From: Eledone cirrhosa
Lineage: Eukaryota
Reading direction: 5' to 3'
Length of the DNA: 64,000 bases
Assembly: GCA_964016885.1 (NCBI GenBank)
Contig: OZ024743.1
Span: 108,438,001 to 108,502,000, forward strand
The translations under genes were made by a program, and so were the position numbers. Below the pieces are notes generated by a model that worked only from the letters and a program-made list of their open reading frames with translations, was not told the origin of the DNA and did not search any database. How positions within the stretch are numbered: the stretch's first letter is position 1; each line of letters opens with the position of its first letter. Positions 1 through 12,625 of the stretch are shown here, in pieces.

Positions 1-785
1 GTTTCATGTCTTTACTGCTGACAGGGAACTTTTTCCGCGGTCATAACATTTCTAATTGTAATTAGGAAACGGTAAAGTCAAATAGATTAACTCACCTCTA
101 GCAATAGCAGTGATATACTGATGTAAATGTATGGGCGATGGTGACCATACCTCTAAATTACATTGGAGTTCTGCTGAGATTTAACTATGATAGACTTGTC
201 ACTAATAACGGATCTCTCACATTAATTCTATCTCTCTTCTGAACATGAAAGAAGAACGAAGTATCAGAGTTCACAGTAATTTTTTTTTTTCTTGTAAATC
301 AATTGAAAATATTCATTCTATTGTGACAGAAGAGGCTATAAACACGGGTTACCTACATTTCAAATATAACTGTAACATAATCTGTTGAATAAAATACACT
401 TCGTATATCAATCTCTGACCTCTTATTCGTCACTGTTTCTACAGCAGAGCTGTTTTAATTATTTTATTCCGTTCTATGATTTGTACTAAATGTACATGTT
501 ATTGAACCCCATCGGCTTAGTCTATGAGTATTCTAGATATTTATTCAAAGGAATGATATGATTCTGAAATTAATGTCTATGTAGATGAGCATTCTACAGA
601 CTCTGCACCCTTAACGTATTTCTCAGTCACATTCAGCATGACAGAGTGTGTGACAATGCCAGCTCTTCGAATCATAGACACATGTTTTCGATAATATGAA
701 CAGCAGCAACATAAAAATTCTTCCTCGAAGACACAACGCGATGCTGGGAGACGAGATTACGATCCTCAGCCAAGCAAACCTAACA

Positions 786-950
786 GATCCTCGGCTCGTA
801 ATGGACGTCCATCACGAGCCGGAGATCCGCTAAGTTGAAACAATTGTTCTCACTATAGTGAACTAACTGTAGTGTAACCTCTTCCACCTAACTCGTCCCA
901 TGGACTGAGTGCTCTACCACTACGGATGTTACCTTCCAGTGTTACCCACT
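786..950 (+). mobile_element. Penelope-type pLTR fragment (family H1) with degenerate hammerhead and 42-bp fold-back at the 5' end
   Basis: gag-CCGGAGA(819)-tccgctaagtt-GAAA(837)-CAATTG-TT-ctc; 857-950 aligns by eye to the reverse complement of 38479-38573; 786-827 is a near-perfect palindrome centred on GACGTC; ends at a TA/TACA repeat. Confidence 0.6.
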
Positions 951-958
951 ATATACAT

Positions 959-990
<32 letters not shown>

Positions 991-1552
991 TTTAGGAACG
1001 ATCGACTTTCGTCAAATCGGACCGAGGAAACAATGTTCCCGTTGGTCTTTCCAATTGCTAATACTATCTATCGGTCGCAACCACAGGTAGAAGGAGCAAC
1101 GTGAAATAAATACAATAACAGAGATAGTTTAAAGCTAATCTCTGACTGGTAAACATCTCACTCAACAAACATTAGGTTATATTTTAATATAAACCCAATT
1201 TAAGTGTTTGGGGTGCTAACAATATGTATTATGTGGAAAAGCCAGTTGTATTATTTTATGAGATATAATTAAAGTTAAAATATATCTCTCTTTCCAAACA
1301 ATTGTTTCATTATAAGTTTTCTACAAATTCGGAGAATAATTCCAGTTTATGTAGAAGCCTAATATACATTCATGTAAGAATATATTTAGGTGGGCGTTTA
1401 TAAATCATCAGTGGAAGCCCAATAAACTTTGATATAAGAAAAACATTTCTTACCACAGTTAAAAATCGTGTCCGTTAAGTTGCTCCTTCCCGCATCGAAT
1501 GACCGGCAAATTTGAAATTCCAGCAGTTTTTGACTGAGGAAGTAATATAGCG

Positions 1553-1625
<73 letters not shown>

Positions 1626-2178
1626 AATGAATAATAACAGGTAGACATCATAAAAAGGTAATTCATTCCGTGTGCTTACAAATGTTTCCACGGTGGTAAT
1701 ACAGCCTAGTTATGCTATGTGCAAATTTACAACTATTTGCAGGAAGAGAGAAAATTAGGGGAGAGGGAGAGAGAGAGAGAGAAAGATATGCAGGGGTTGG
1801 AGAAATAGGAGAGAGTGGTTTGTAGATATCTTAATCAAAATGTTATGGTAGGGGTTTTATTATACTGGTTACTTTTGGAGAGATGCGTTGATAGTTAAGG
1901 TCGGGATTATTTATTGCCCCAGAGGGCAGGTACATAGATGTGGAGAGGGAGGTAGGCCAAAGGCGAGAGAGAGAGAGAGTGTAATGGATGTAGAGAGAGA
2001 GGTAGAGAGGGGACAAACGAAGTCTATGTGGTGAGTGAACTTTGGGTTCGTAGTAGTAATCAGCGAATTGCACTGAGTTACCATTTATAGTGATAAGCAG
2101 TGTATTGTCTTGTAGTGTGGGGGAAGAGAAGGTGGTTAGCTAGAAAGCGATGTTATAGTTACGGGTTCGAATGTTAAG

Positions 2179-2600
2179 TTATTTTATAGTGAGAAAATTT
2201 AGCTTATAGTTTGTGGTTGCAGTATAATGATCGTTCAATTCTATCGTAATGTAGTTTGTTTGGGATTTTAATATGTAAAAGAGTTCGAGGTTACATAACC
2301 TGCAGTACTTCAATCCACTCCGATATGCACTTATGCTGGAAAGTATATCCCATTTTAAGGTGAACTGTTGGTTGCGTTCACGGAGTTGCCAGGTCTTGTT
2401 GGCGAGCGTGGTCACAAAACGGTGATTAGGATGTTTGATTGAGAATCGATGACGGTACCAGCGAGATTTAAACGAGGTGGTGGTAGATCCGATATAATAC
2501 CATTTCTGGTCGTTCGATTCAACCGTGCATTGGTAAACAATGTTGGACTTTAGGCATTCATTCTTCAATGGACATCTTTCAGGTAGATGGCAGTTACATT
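2179..2600 (-). pseudogene. GIY-YIG endonuclease domain of Penelope-like element
   Basis: ECNCHLPERCPLKNECLKSNIVYQC...YYIGSTTTSFKSRWYRH...LKWDI...CRLCNLELFYI; the upstream RT part is interrupted by a stop codon. Confidence 0.9.
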
Positions 2601-3175
2601 CTTTGTTGTGGGTAGCGGTTATACCATGGATAGGTTATGATAGCAGTACAGGTGGATTGTGTAATACCCGTCCCCCATTTAGTGGTTGGGATGCAGATAT
2701 TACGTTCTGCCCATCTGTTACTAAAATATTTTGTTTTGTAGAGTTGTTTAATTGCTTTAAGTTAAGTTTGTTTTATGTATGCTTCAAGGTTTGGTGCCGT
2801 GGAGTATGATAGTCTAATAGTTTTAGAGTTCAGAATGTTGCTGTATTTATGGGAACTAGGGAAATGTTTGTTGATTAACTTAAAGAATGAAAGAGATAGT
2901 TTTGCACTAATCGAGGCATTAAAAATAGGATTGTACCAGATATACTTTCTACAACGTGATTTATTTGGTGGTGATTTTCTATCATTAGTATGTCTGGTGG
3001 AACTGTGTGTGCGCGCTTGTATTTTAGTCCCCCGGTTACGTATTCCTTGATTTCGTGTAGAGCTATGTGTGTTATGGAGATTCCTATCAATGTATTCTAT
3101 TGTATCTTCTCTTCCTTTTCTACTCTATCTTCTCTAACAACCCCACTTAAGGGTATTTACATTGTACATTTTAAC

Positions 3176-3301
3176 CATTCTGCTCTGAGGATACAGTGGT
3201 CACAGCATTGGATATTTGAATTCTGCAAATAGTTGTAAATTTGTACATAGCATAACTAGGCTGTAGTACCACCGTGGAAACATTTGTAAGCACACGGAAT
3301 G
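3176..3301 (+). ncRNA. Type I hammerhead ribozyme in the inverted pLTR
   Basis: Stem I tgct/agca (plus cattc/gaatg), core CTGAGGA 3185-3191, stem II tacagtggt-c-acagc / gctgt-agt-accaccgtg, GAAA 3277-3280, short stem III CATTTG, predicted GUA cleavage after 3288. Confidence 0.75.
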
Positions 3302-3484
3302 AATTACCTTTTTATGATGTCTACCTGTTATTATTCATTCTTTATATACAGTCCGGAATACAGAAGGATCAGGAACTAAGTTTCTTCAACAATTCTTCCA
3401 TAACTCGTAGAGTAACCTTTCACCGTACGTCAACCATATCCAGTGTAGTAATTAACAATTACTACATCTAGGATAATCCTATAC

Positions 3485-3561
<77 letters not shown>

Positions 3562-4261
3562 TTGTTAACCATACGTATTTATTTAGAGCTAGCTAGTATA
3601 TTCCTTTGTGAAGACTACTTTTCACAACCGAACTATGTATATTACTAGCAGTAGAGGCCTATATTTTAAATCAGAACTGGGACAATTTCCACTTTTTCTA
3701 CATAGCTGTCAAATAAATATTATATATGATTCACATTGTTCTAATGTGTGCAACCTATATTAATTATTTTAAAGTCTTCGTTCACTATTTTTCTGTAGTA
3801 AGTAAAATCATGTGAACAATTCAACTGAGGATTTATAACAAATAAGTGACGTATAGAATCATTTCCAATAGTGGGATTTCAGCTTATGATATGCGTGCAG
3901 AAAAGTATATATAGAGAGAGTTGAATGATTAAGAAATATTGTAACATCAAAGTGAGTTATTTCTAGAATTCTCAGTTGAAGTGTAGATACATTTAGCTTT
4001 CTAGGTATGGAACTTAAAGGAACAGAAAATTGTGTAAACGAGAAGGAGAATGTAAGAAAGGTACAGAGAATGAAAGGGTGAGATGAGGCAAGAGAGATCC
4101 AGAGAAATTGATGGGTCAAAATATGCATATGCACACACAATCTACATATATATATATTGATGAGGACGTACTGTTGTACATCCGAAACATGTAGAATAAA
4201 ATGTAATTGATCAAAAGAACATCTATATTATTAATACTTATATTTATATATATATATATAT

Positions 4262-4316
<55 letters not shown>

Positions 4317-4356
4317 GTATGTAGTATGTATGAAAGTATCTATATATACATATATG

Positions 4357-4395
4357 TAGATGTAGTAACACAAGAGTTAGTCCACCATACCGAGA
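4357..4395 (-). mobile_element. ~40-bp fragment of family H1 pLTR inside TA-rich repeat
   Basis: Minus strand ctcggtatggtggactaactcttgtgttactacatcta matches 38623-38660 ctcggtatggtgaactaactgttgtgtaataacttcta. Confidence 0.6.
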
Positions 4396-4425
4396 TGTAT
4401 ATATATATATATATATATATGTGTA

Positions 4426-4476
<51 letters not shown>

Positions 4477-4483
4477 ATTTGTA

Positions 4484-4558
<75 letters not shown>

Positions 4559-4616
4559 ATAAACATGTATGTATATGTATGTATATGTGTATGAGATCAT
4601 ACATGCACAGACACAG

Positions 4617-4672
<56 letters not shown>

Positions 4673-5176
4673 CTCGTGGTGTGTGTATGTATAAGCATTT
4701 GTAAATGTGTGTACATTACAATGTGTGTCATATCCTTTAGGCTGTATATCCTCATACTTAAAATATCATGTGACTTATATTTATTCAGACATTTTGAAAG
4801 CATGGTACTTTAAATCTTCATTTTACACAACTACACTTAGCACGCAACAATTTATTGGTATTTCTTGTTTGATTCCTACTTTTTTTTAACTATTTGTATT
4901 TTTTTTTTGTCATTTTTAGTTAGTATTTTAAACGTATGCACACCAAATACCACATTCCCAATATATATATATACAAACACTTACCCACACAGTGAACTGA
5001 AGTGAAACAAACGTATAAACAAAAGGAAATACAGACTACACTTTGAATAAATAATCGTACAGATGTGTGTTTGATGAATTATACGAATATACAAAACTAG
5101 GTTTAATCGCCCAGGTTTACATTTTGTATAATTAAAGACACAGACGCACGGACACATACATACACAAACACACAGG

Positions 5177-5291
<115 letters not shown>

Positions 5292-5622
5292 CTGTGTCTT
5301 TAATTATACAAAATGTAATATGTATATATATATATATATAGAGAGAGATATATATATATATGTGTGTGCCTGTGCGTGTGCGTGTGTATGTGTGTATGTG
5401 TAGGTGTGTATGTGTGTGTGTGTGTGTGTGTGAGTCATTATATTTGTATGCTCTGATAAATTGTAAAGAAGGGTCAAATTGCAAACCTGTTCATAAGAAT
5501 ACACCATACACATATTATTACACACAGATATACATTGATATTAATATATACAATCTCAAGCAAGTACGCAACACACACCGTTGCTCACATATATACATGT
5601 ATTATGTATATATACATGCATC

Positions 5623-5753
<131 letters not shown>

Positions 5754-6937
5754 CAATACATAACGTGACACAACAAGCGAATCTATACGAGAATACATGA
5801 ATGATTAATGCAACTATGTATATAGAATGCATCACAAAATAGGGCCGCAAACCAAAGTGGTCATACGTCGTTGGTATATAAGTATAACGGACAAAACCCA
5901 AAGTTTCTGTGATAATAACTGTATCAATTAATTTGTCTCTGCTTAGTTTTCAATGGCAACAAAACATGCCAACATGACGCTTTCCAGTAGCTGAGTTTAC
6001 GGTGCTTTAAACAAAACATTTCTACTATACAGACAAGTGGCTCACAATCTCGTAAAATTAGAACACATTAATGGGTATCCATACCACTGAATGTCATTAC
6101 TTCTCTAAGTATACTACTGTTCGTCTTTCGTTTCACATTACCCCAATAAAATTTTCGGAGAGAAGTAACTCCAATGAGGTGGGGTAGGCGGCAATCCGTC
6201 ATAAAATTCATATGAATAAAAGAGGTCCTTGAAATGTTTATATACCAAGTACAGAATAGCCCCCAAAAGGAACGATAAATTATTCATAACACAGTGCAAT
6301 ACTAACATGATATAAAACGTAAAGGGCATTAACTCGTAATTGAATCCTAGGAACACTGTCCTGACAAATGTTGTTTCCTGGGCATTTTAAACATGGCGTA
6401 CCCCGTCCCACTTCATGTAAGAACATACCAGATTTCTTCCATAGATGAATTGATGAACTGTACTTTATTTATCAATCTCAAAAGGATGCAAGGCAAAATT
6501 AATTCATTTTCATTACCAAACGCATTCCTGGCCGTAAATCACTGTACAATCTGAAAAGTTGGCGTTTTAAGTGGTTCTGGTGTTATTTTCGCTATAGCAA
6601 CAGGAGCAGTTTAAGACGAGATAGACTAGGGAGTTGTTGCTAGCGTCGCATCGTCTGACCTAAGTAGTGTTGTGGATATTGACGCCACAGCAGAGGCAAT
6701 GCGTGCAGAATTCCGATAAAACTATTGTTGGTAATGTAGAATTAAATCAAAGTGTTAATATATATTGTTTTAACTTCCACTTTTATGTAAGTTTACTTTT
6801 TTCTTTCAAATGTAATCAAACTTGTGTGTATATATATCAGAACCTAGCGTCTGAACTCTCAGGAGTGTACTTTCGTGCGTTTATGAAAGTTTAAATAATA
6901 TAATTGTGAGAAACTAACAAATATATGCATGTGTATG

Positions 6938-6987
<50 letters not shown>

Positions 6988-7012
6988 TGTTTATATATAT
7001 ATAAAATTATGA

Positions 7013-7074
<62 letters not shown>

Positions 7075-7494
7075 CTGTGTGTGTGCGTGTGTGTGTGCGT
7101 GTGTGTGAGTGCGTGTGTATGTATGCTTGTGTATGTACAATATGGCGATACCCTCTCTACCCCAACACATTTCTTGTCGATGTTGTTTTCAGTCGTTGAT
7201 GTATAAGAAGTTGATTCGCCAGACAAATAAACAAACACACAGACAGAAGAATAAATATATAAATATGTTTATATCCCATCGAATTATTGATTTCTCTCCC
7301 TTCATTTTAAGATCAGATGCCAGAAATATTCTATATATCTCTCTCTCTAAGTTGTTTGCGTTTGGATGGCAAATCTTAAAGTTTTAAGCGCAATGTCTAA
7401 AAGAAGAGAAAAAAAATCTTGACAGTCTGTCTGGCAACGAAGTATTACAGCAATGGCTTGTAAATCCTTCAATTATCAGAGAAACATACAAGAA

Positions 7495-7606
7495 CATGAT
7501 GACGATGATGATGATGTTAACGAGGAGGATTATTATAACGATGTTCACAGTGATGATGATGATGACAACAATAACACTACTACTACGACTACTACTACTA
7601 CTACTA

Positions 7607-7660
<54 letters not shown>

Positions 7661-7740
7661 TTGGTGATGCTGCTGCTGCTATTACTGCTACTACTACTAC
7701 TACTACTACTACTAACACTACAACTACAACTACTACTAAC
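7495..7740. repeat. (GAT)n/(ACT)n/(GCT)n triplet microsatellite
   Basis: Direct inspection. Confidence 0.95.
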
Positions 7741-7743
7741 ATT

Positions 7744-7930
7744 AATAATTGATTCTACTTTATGCACAAGGCCAGCAATTACCCAGTATATTACTTTATT
7801 TTATCGACCCCGTAAGGATGAAAGGCAAAGTTAACCTCGGCAGGATTTGAACTCAGACCATAAAGGGCCGTAACTTTTTGCTGCAAAGCACGGCGCCAGA
7901 CCCTGTACCGACACTGCCAAACCACCACCC
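7744..7930 (-). mobile_element. tRNA-derived SINE, family A
   Basis: Reverse complement shows A box tggcagtgtcgg, B box gagttcaaatcc, central gcctttcatccttacggggtcgataaaat and 3' ggccttgtgc..gaatcaattatt. Confidence 0.9.
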
Positions 7931-7970
7931 TAATACTAATAAAAAGTGTGGGTGTGCAGAAGATGAATAC

Positions 7971-8130
7971 GAAGAAGAAGAAGAAGAAGAAGAAGAAGAA
8001 GAAGAAGAAGAAGAAGAAGAAGAAGAAGAAGAAGAAGAAGAAGAAGAAGAAGAAGAAGAAGAAGAAGAAGAAGAAGAAGAAGAAGAAGAAGAAGAAGAAG
8101 AAGAAGAAGAAGAAGAAGAAGAAGAAGAAG
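7971..8130. repeat. (GAA)n microsatellite, about 53 units
   Basis: Direct inspection. Confidence 0.97.
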
Positions 8131-8674
8131 AGACTGATGTCATTTATGGTGTTACTGATTATGATGTCGATCAATATCGTTGATATTTCAGGACGCCTAA
8201 ATATGTTTGAGCTTGTGTTTGTATATATGTGTGTGCATGCGCGGGAAGAGGTAATGTTGGGTTAGATATTCTCCAAGAAAACTAAAGGTGGTGGGAGAAA
8301 TTCTGATATTAAAAAATGTAGTATAATGAAGCATTCTCGGCATTTTAAACTTAAAAAAATGAATTTTTGTTTCGTTTCCAGTCGGTTACACTATCGATAT
8401 GATTTTGAGTTTCACTTTTCGATCTTCATTGCAATATCTCTTTAGTTTTATGGGATGTCGTCAAATCATATCGTATCAGTTTCACGTATTTTTTTCTCTC
8501 TTTCTTACATTTTGGATATTTTCTTCTTACTTTTTATGTTTTATTTTAAATATCTTCCTGGAGGAAATACAGTTCACTGAATTTCAGTTTTTGCTTTCTC
8601 ATCTTGCATTGGTATATTGGTATTTTACGAATTTGTCAAGAAAAAACAATGAGACACGCGCTTGCACACACACA

Positions 8675-8769
<95 letters not shown>

Positions 8770-8836
8770 GCACACACACACACACATAGACACATACACG
8801 CGCACACACACACTAACATAAGTATGTATGTACGGA

Positions 8837-8892
<56 letters not shown>

Positions 8893-8925
8893 TATATATA
8901 TATATACACATATATATATATATAT

Positions 8926-8955
<30 letters not shown>

Positions 8956-8959
<4 letters not shown>

Positions 8960-9189
8960 TGAAAGAGTGAAGAATAACATGGTCAACAGTACAAAAAAGG
9001 GGGTATTTAGTCTTAACAATGATGATTCTGATGATCTGGTTAAGCTAACAATGTATTTAAAATTATTGAGTAGCACAACTTCAAGTTTTCAGCAATTTTT
9101 AGACAAGTTAATCAGTGAAACAATTGTTAAGACTGTAAATAAAACCTGTTTTGTACTGTTGACCATGTTATTCTTCACTCTTTCAATAT
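8956..9189 (+). mobile_element. Fold-back hammerhead cassette (mini Penelope pLTR with inverted 5' copy)
   Basis: 8956-9020 is the reverse complement of 9121-9189 (outer ~41 bp perfect); CTGATGA 9028, stem II ctggttaagct/agttaatcag, GAAA 9117, CAATTG-TT, AATAAA 9138; left end abuts (TA)n. Confidence 0.7.
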
Positions 9190-9488
9190 TATTACTCCAA
9201 GATGAACATACATAGGAATGCAAGAGAAGTCATAAACTCGCCACAGATGGAAACCTCTGGTTGAGTCAAACAACCCCGTACGCTAAAACTATCAACAATA
9301 CGAAGTATTCACAACCTCTAAGAGGATTACCTATAACGATATTGTGTTATCCCCTATATATATATATATATATTCATTAGTTAAGCAAAACAAGGCCACA
9401 GATTTCACAACGAAGACATTATTAAAAGATTGTCAACATATTTTAGTTTCATGTAAGGAATGTAGAGAATAATAATAATAATATTAAT

Positions 9489-9612
9489 AATAATTGTTTC
9501 TACTTTAGGCACAAGGCCAGCAATTGCCCAGTTCATTACTGGTACTTTATTTTATCGACCCCGTAAGGATGAGAGGCAAAGTCAACCTCGGCGGGATTTG
9601 AACTGAGATCGT
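9489..9612 (-). mobile_element. SINE family A, 5'-truncated
   Basis: B box, central domain and tail in reverse orientation. Confidence 0.9.
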
Positions 9613-9630
9613 AATGTTAATAATAATAAT

Positions 9631-9760
9631 GTCCGTTTACAATTGTTTCGCTACTCCATATGATATTTCTGGATCAGATGACTATATACCATAATTGATC
9701 TGGTTCAGTTGAAAATAATTAACATATTTAAAAGACAGAGCGGCTCATCGGAATTTCAAA
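9631..9760 (-). ncRNA. Hammerhead-like motif in inverted pLTR copy
   Basis: Reverse complement: CCGATGA-gccgctc...gagtagc-GAAA-CAATTG-TA. Confidence 0.55.
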
Positions 9761-11161
9761 GGAATATAAATTAAAATAATGAGATAATGTTACATAATAT
9801 AATGTTCCATATATTGATATTTACTATGGTGTCTTGGTTGCATCAGTTGTCAGCCATAGGGAACTTTAATGGTGGCAGCGGCCTGCTTCCCACTCCAAGT
9901 AGCAAACTAAAAATCAACCCTAGAATAGGAATGAGAACTGGGATGACAAATAACAATCCTCAGGTAATAATAACCCTAGGAAGGCCCCTACCAACTCCAC
10001 TAGATCCCCTAGAAGGAATAGACCTAGAAATATCACCTGGCTTAACCCCCCATTCTCATCTAATCTAGCCACTAATATCCTATCTAAAGACTTCCCCCCA
10101 ACCATAGATATTACAAACTCTTTAATAAAAATAACATTAAAATCTCATTCTCCACAACACCTAACCTAGCTAGCCACATCGCGTTCAGTAACCATCATAA
10201 GCTAAGACAGTATAACTCCCACACCGCGGCACAACCACCTCTATCAAATACACCACGCCACTACACCAATAATTACTCTAGTAGTACACCTCCCCCATCT
10301 AATCCTTCTAGCACGGACCTACCGCTTAGGTTAAACAACCCTACTCTCACTAACCGCAAAAGTAACTGCAACTGCTGTTACCCCAATGCATGCCCATTAA
10401 ATTGACACTGGCTGACACCCAACATAGTCTATAGATGAACGGTTAAGACTGCTTCGAATACCAGCTCTTATATCGGGTCTAACTCTAACCCTTTTAAGGT
10501 ACGCTATAAAGCGCACGCTTTTTCCTTCCGAGGCCCTAGCAACAGATGTTCGACATCGCTAGCTAGGCTCATTCAAAACCTTAAATTAAACAACGTTCAA
10601 CACTCACTAAAATGGGATATCGTGGCTAGGGCCCAACCGTTCAATGGACGAAAAAATCTTGTGATCTCTGTATTACGGAAGCATATTACATAACTCTATC
10701 ACGACCTCTACCGATTAACGATAGAACGGAGGTAACTATTAGCTGTCAACATCGAAGGAATAATTCCTTCGCCAATAGAATTTTTGACCCAACTTAGTCA
10801 TGTAGCCCATTTTTACTTGTAGCTAATAAGTTAAATTGCTATGACCAACTCGATAATTATAAGTTACCTCCCCTACATTGTCTTTCAATTAAAACAAATT
10901 TAAATTAGAACTTAACTATAAACACCCACAATTTCTAATCTCTCGAGAAGTTACTTCCCCTGAAACCACCCTCTAAGTAGTAAGGTAAATATGCCCTTTG
11001 GCAGCCATCTTGTTACCCATAGGCAGATCTCACACAATGCATTCTCGACAAATAAATTACGCTTGATTATGGCTAACAACTGATGCAACCAAGACACCAT
11101 AGTAAAAACCAATATTTGGAACATCATATTACGTAACATTATATAATTATTTTAATTTATA

Positions 11162-11295
11162 TTCCTTTGAAGTTCCGATGAGCCGCTCTGTCTTTTAAAT
11201 ATGTTAATTATTTTCAATTGAACCAGATCAATTATGATATATAGTCATCTGATCCAGAAATATTATATGGAGTAGCGAAACAATTGTAAAGGGAC
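11162..11295 (+). ncRNA. Type I hammerhead-like motif (CCGAUGA variant) in 3' pLTR
   Basis: CCGATGA 11175-11181, stem II gccgctc/gagtagc, GAAA 11277-11280, palindromic CAATTG, TA, then aaggga able to pair with upstream tccttt. Confidence 0.6.
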
Positions 11296-11300
11296 ATTAT

Positions 11301-11420
11301 TTGAGTTCAAATCCCGCCGGGGTTAAATTTGCCTTTCATCCTTATGGGGTTGATAAATAAAGTACCAGTAATACACTGGTAAATTTCTGGCCGTGTGCCC
11401 AAACTTGAAACAATTATTAT
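11301..11420 (+). mobile_element. SINE family A, 5'-truncated
   Basis: gagttcaaatcccgccggggttaaatttgcctttcatcc...gaaacaattatt. Confidence 0.9.
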
Positions 11421-11712
11421 TAATATTATTATTATTATTCTCAACATTATTTACATCAAACAAATATGTTGACGATCTATTAATAACGTCTTCCTTGTGA
11501 AATGTGTGGTCTTGTTTTGGTTAACTAATGAATATTTCCAGCTCTGCGCACCTAACCTCTGCATGAACCCAGCCACATAGCTGCTTTCTACTGCATATTG
11601 TACATTGAGCACATGCCTTTACGCTTTGGCTTCTAACTAATTCATCAATCGCTTCTCGCCTATCTCCTCACCTATCTCCATCTCTCTCTCTTTAAGATTG
11701 GTTACTCTTGAA

Positions 11713-11831
<119 letters not shown>

Positions 11832-12099
11832 TATATGTTAATACAGAAGTGACTCCTCAATACTAGAATTCTTTCAATCAAAAGAAATCATCGGGACAAT
11901 GATTTCTTATGAAGTGATGAGGAGGATGTGGATGTGATGATGGTGGTGATGAGTATGAAAACAAATGTAGCCACATTGAACAATATATTTCCATCATTGT
12001 GCACATGTCGGGATAGACAAGAGTGGGTATATTTAATCTCAGATTAAATAAATATCATTAACTGTAAAACATACGTGAACACTATCCTAACATTTTCAC

Positions 12100-12345
12100 C
12101 GTGGTCTTCAACTTCTACAACATCTTCAGTATTATCATCGCCAATACTACCATTCTTACCATCCGGGTCCTAGACATATTCAGCCTTATCCTCCTTCTCA
12201 TCATCATCAACAACATTATCATCCCCCAGCATATTTTTAGTATCTTCATCAGCTTCAACAACATCAACATTGACACCTTCATCATCACCGTCGACCACAT
12301 GTTCATCATTATCGTCCTCACCGTCCCCCTATCATCATCAAAATC

Positions 12346-12386
<41 letters not shown>

Positions 12387-12625
12387 TATCATCCTTACCG
12401 TCTCCGTCATCATCATCATTATCATCATGATCGGCTTCATCGCCATCGTCATCATCATCACCATCATCATCATCATCAGCAGCAGCAGCACCGTCGTCAT
12501 CATCATGAACCATCATCATCACCACCATCTTCATCATCGGTATCTTCATCATCACCAGCATCAGCATTATCAAAATCATTATCATCATCATCATCCTCGT
12601 CGTCGTCATCATAATCATCATCAAT
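12100..12625. repeat. Degenerate (CAT)n microsatellite
   Basis: Direct inspection. Confidence 0.9.

Larger units (their letters stand above)
1620..3347 (-). mobile_element. 5'-truncated Penelope-like retroelement (Neptune-like architecture) with inverted pLTR
   Basis: Minus strand encodes RKYIWYNPIFNASISAKLSLSFFKLINKHFPSSHKYSNILNSKTIRLSYSTAPNL (PLE RT C-terminus), a CNC..CPL..C linker and a GIY-YIG domain; 1620-1742 and 3223-3347 are ~125-bp inverted repeats; (TA)n tracts on both sides. Confidence 0.9.
9627..11297 (+). mobile_element. 5'-truncated, decayed Penelope-like retroelement with inverted pLTR
   Basis: RNITWLNPPFSSN...YKLFNKNNIKISFSTTPNL (~10020-10180); CNCCYPNACPLN*HWLTPNIVYR*TVKTASNTSSYIGSNSNPFKVRYKAH...LKWDIV (~10367-10660); pLTRs 9627-9858 (inverted) and 11068-11297 are roughly 94% identical by eye. 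Confidence 0.9.

Noticed and set aside
10367-10445. In-frame TGA codons in the PLE endonuclease, one at a position that is Cys in the other element (VYR*TV vs VYQCTV), suggesting selenocysteine as in some PLE clades
   Set aside because: The copy also has frameshifts, a deletion and a TGA at a non-Cys position; no SECIS recognised; simple decay explains it
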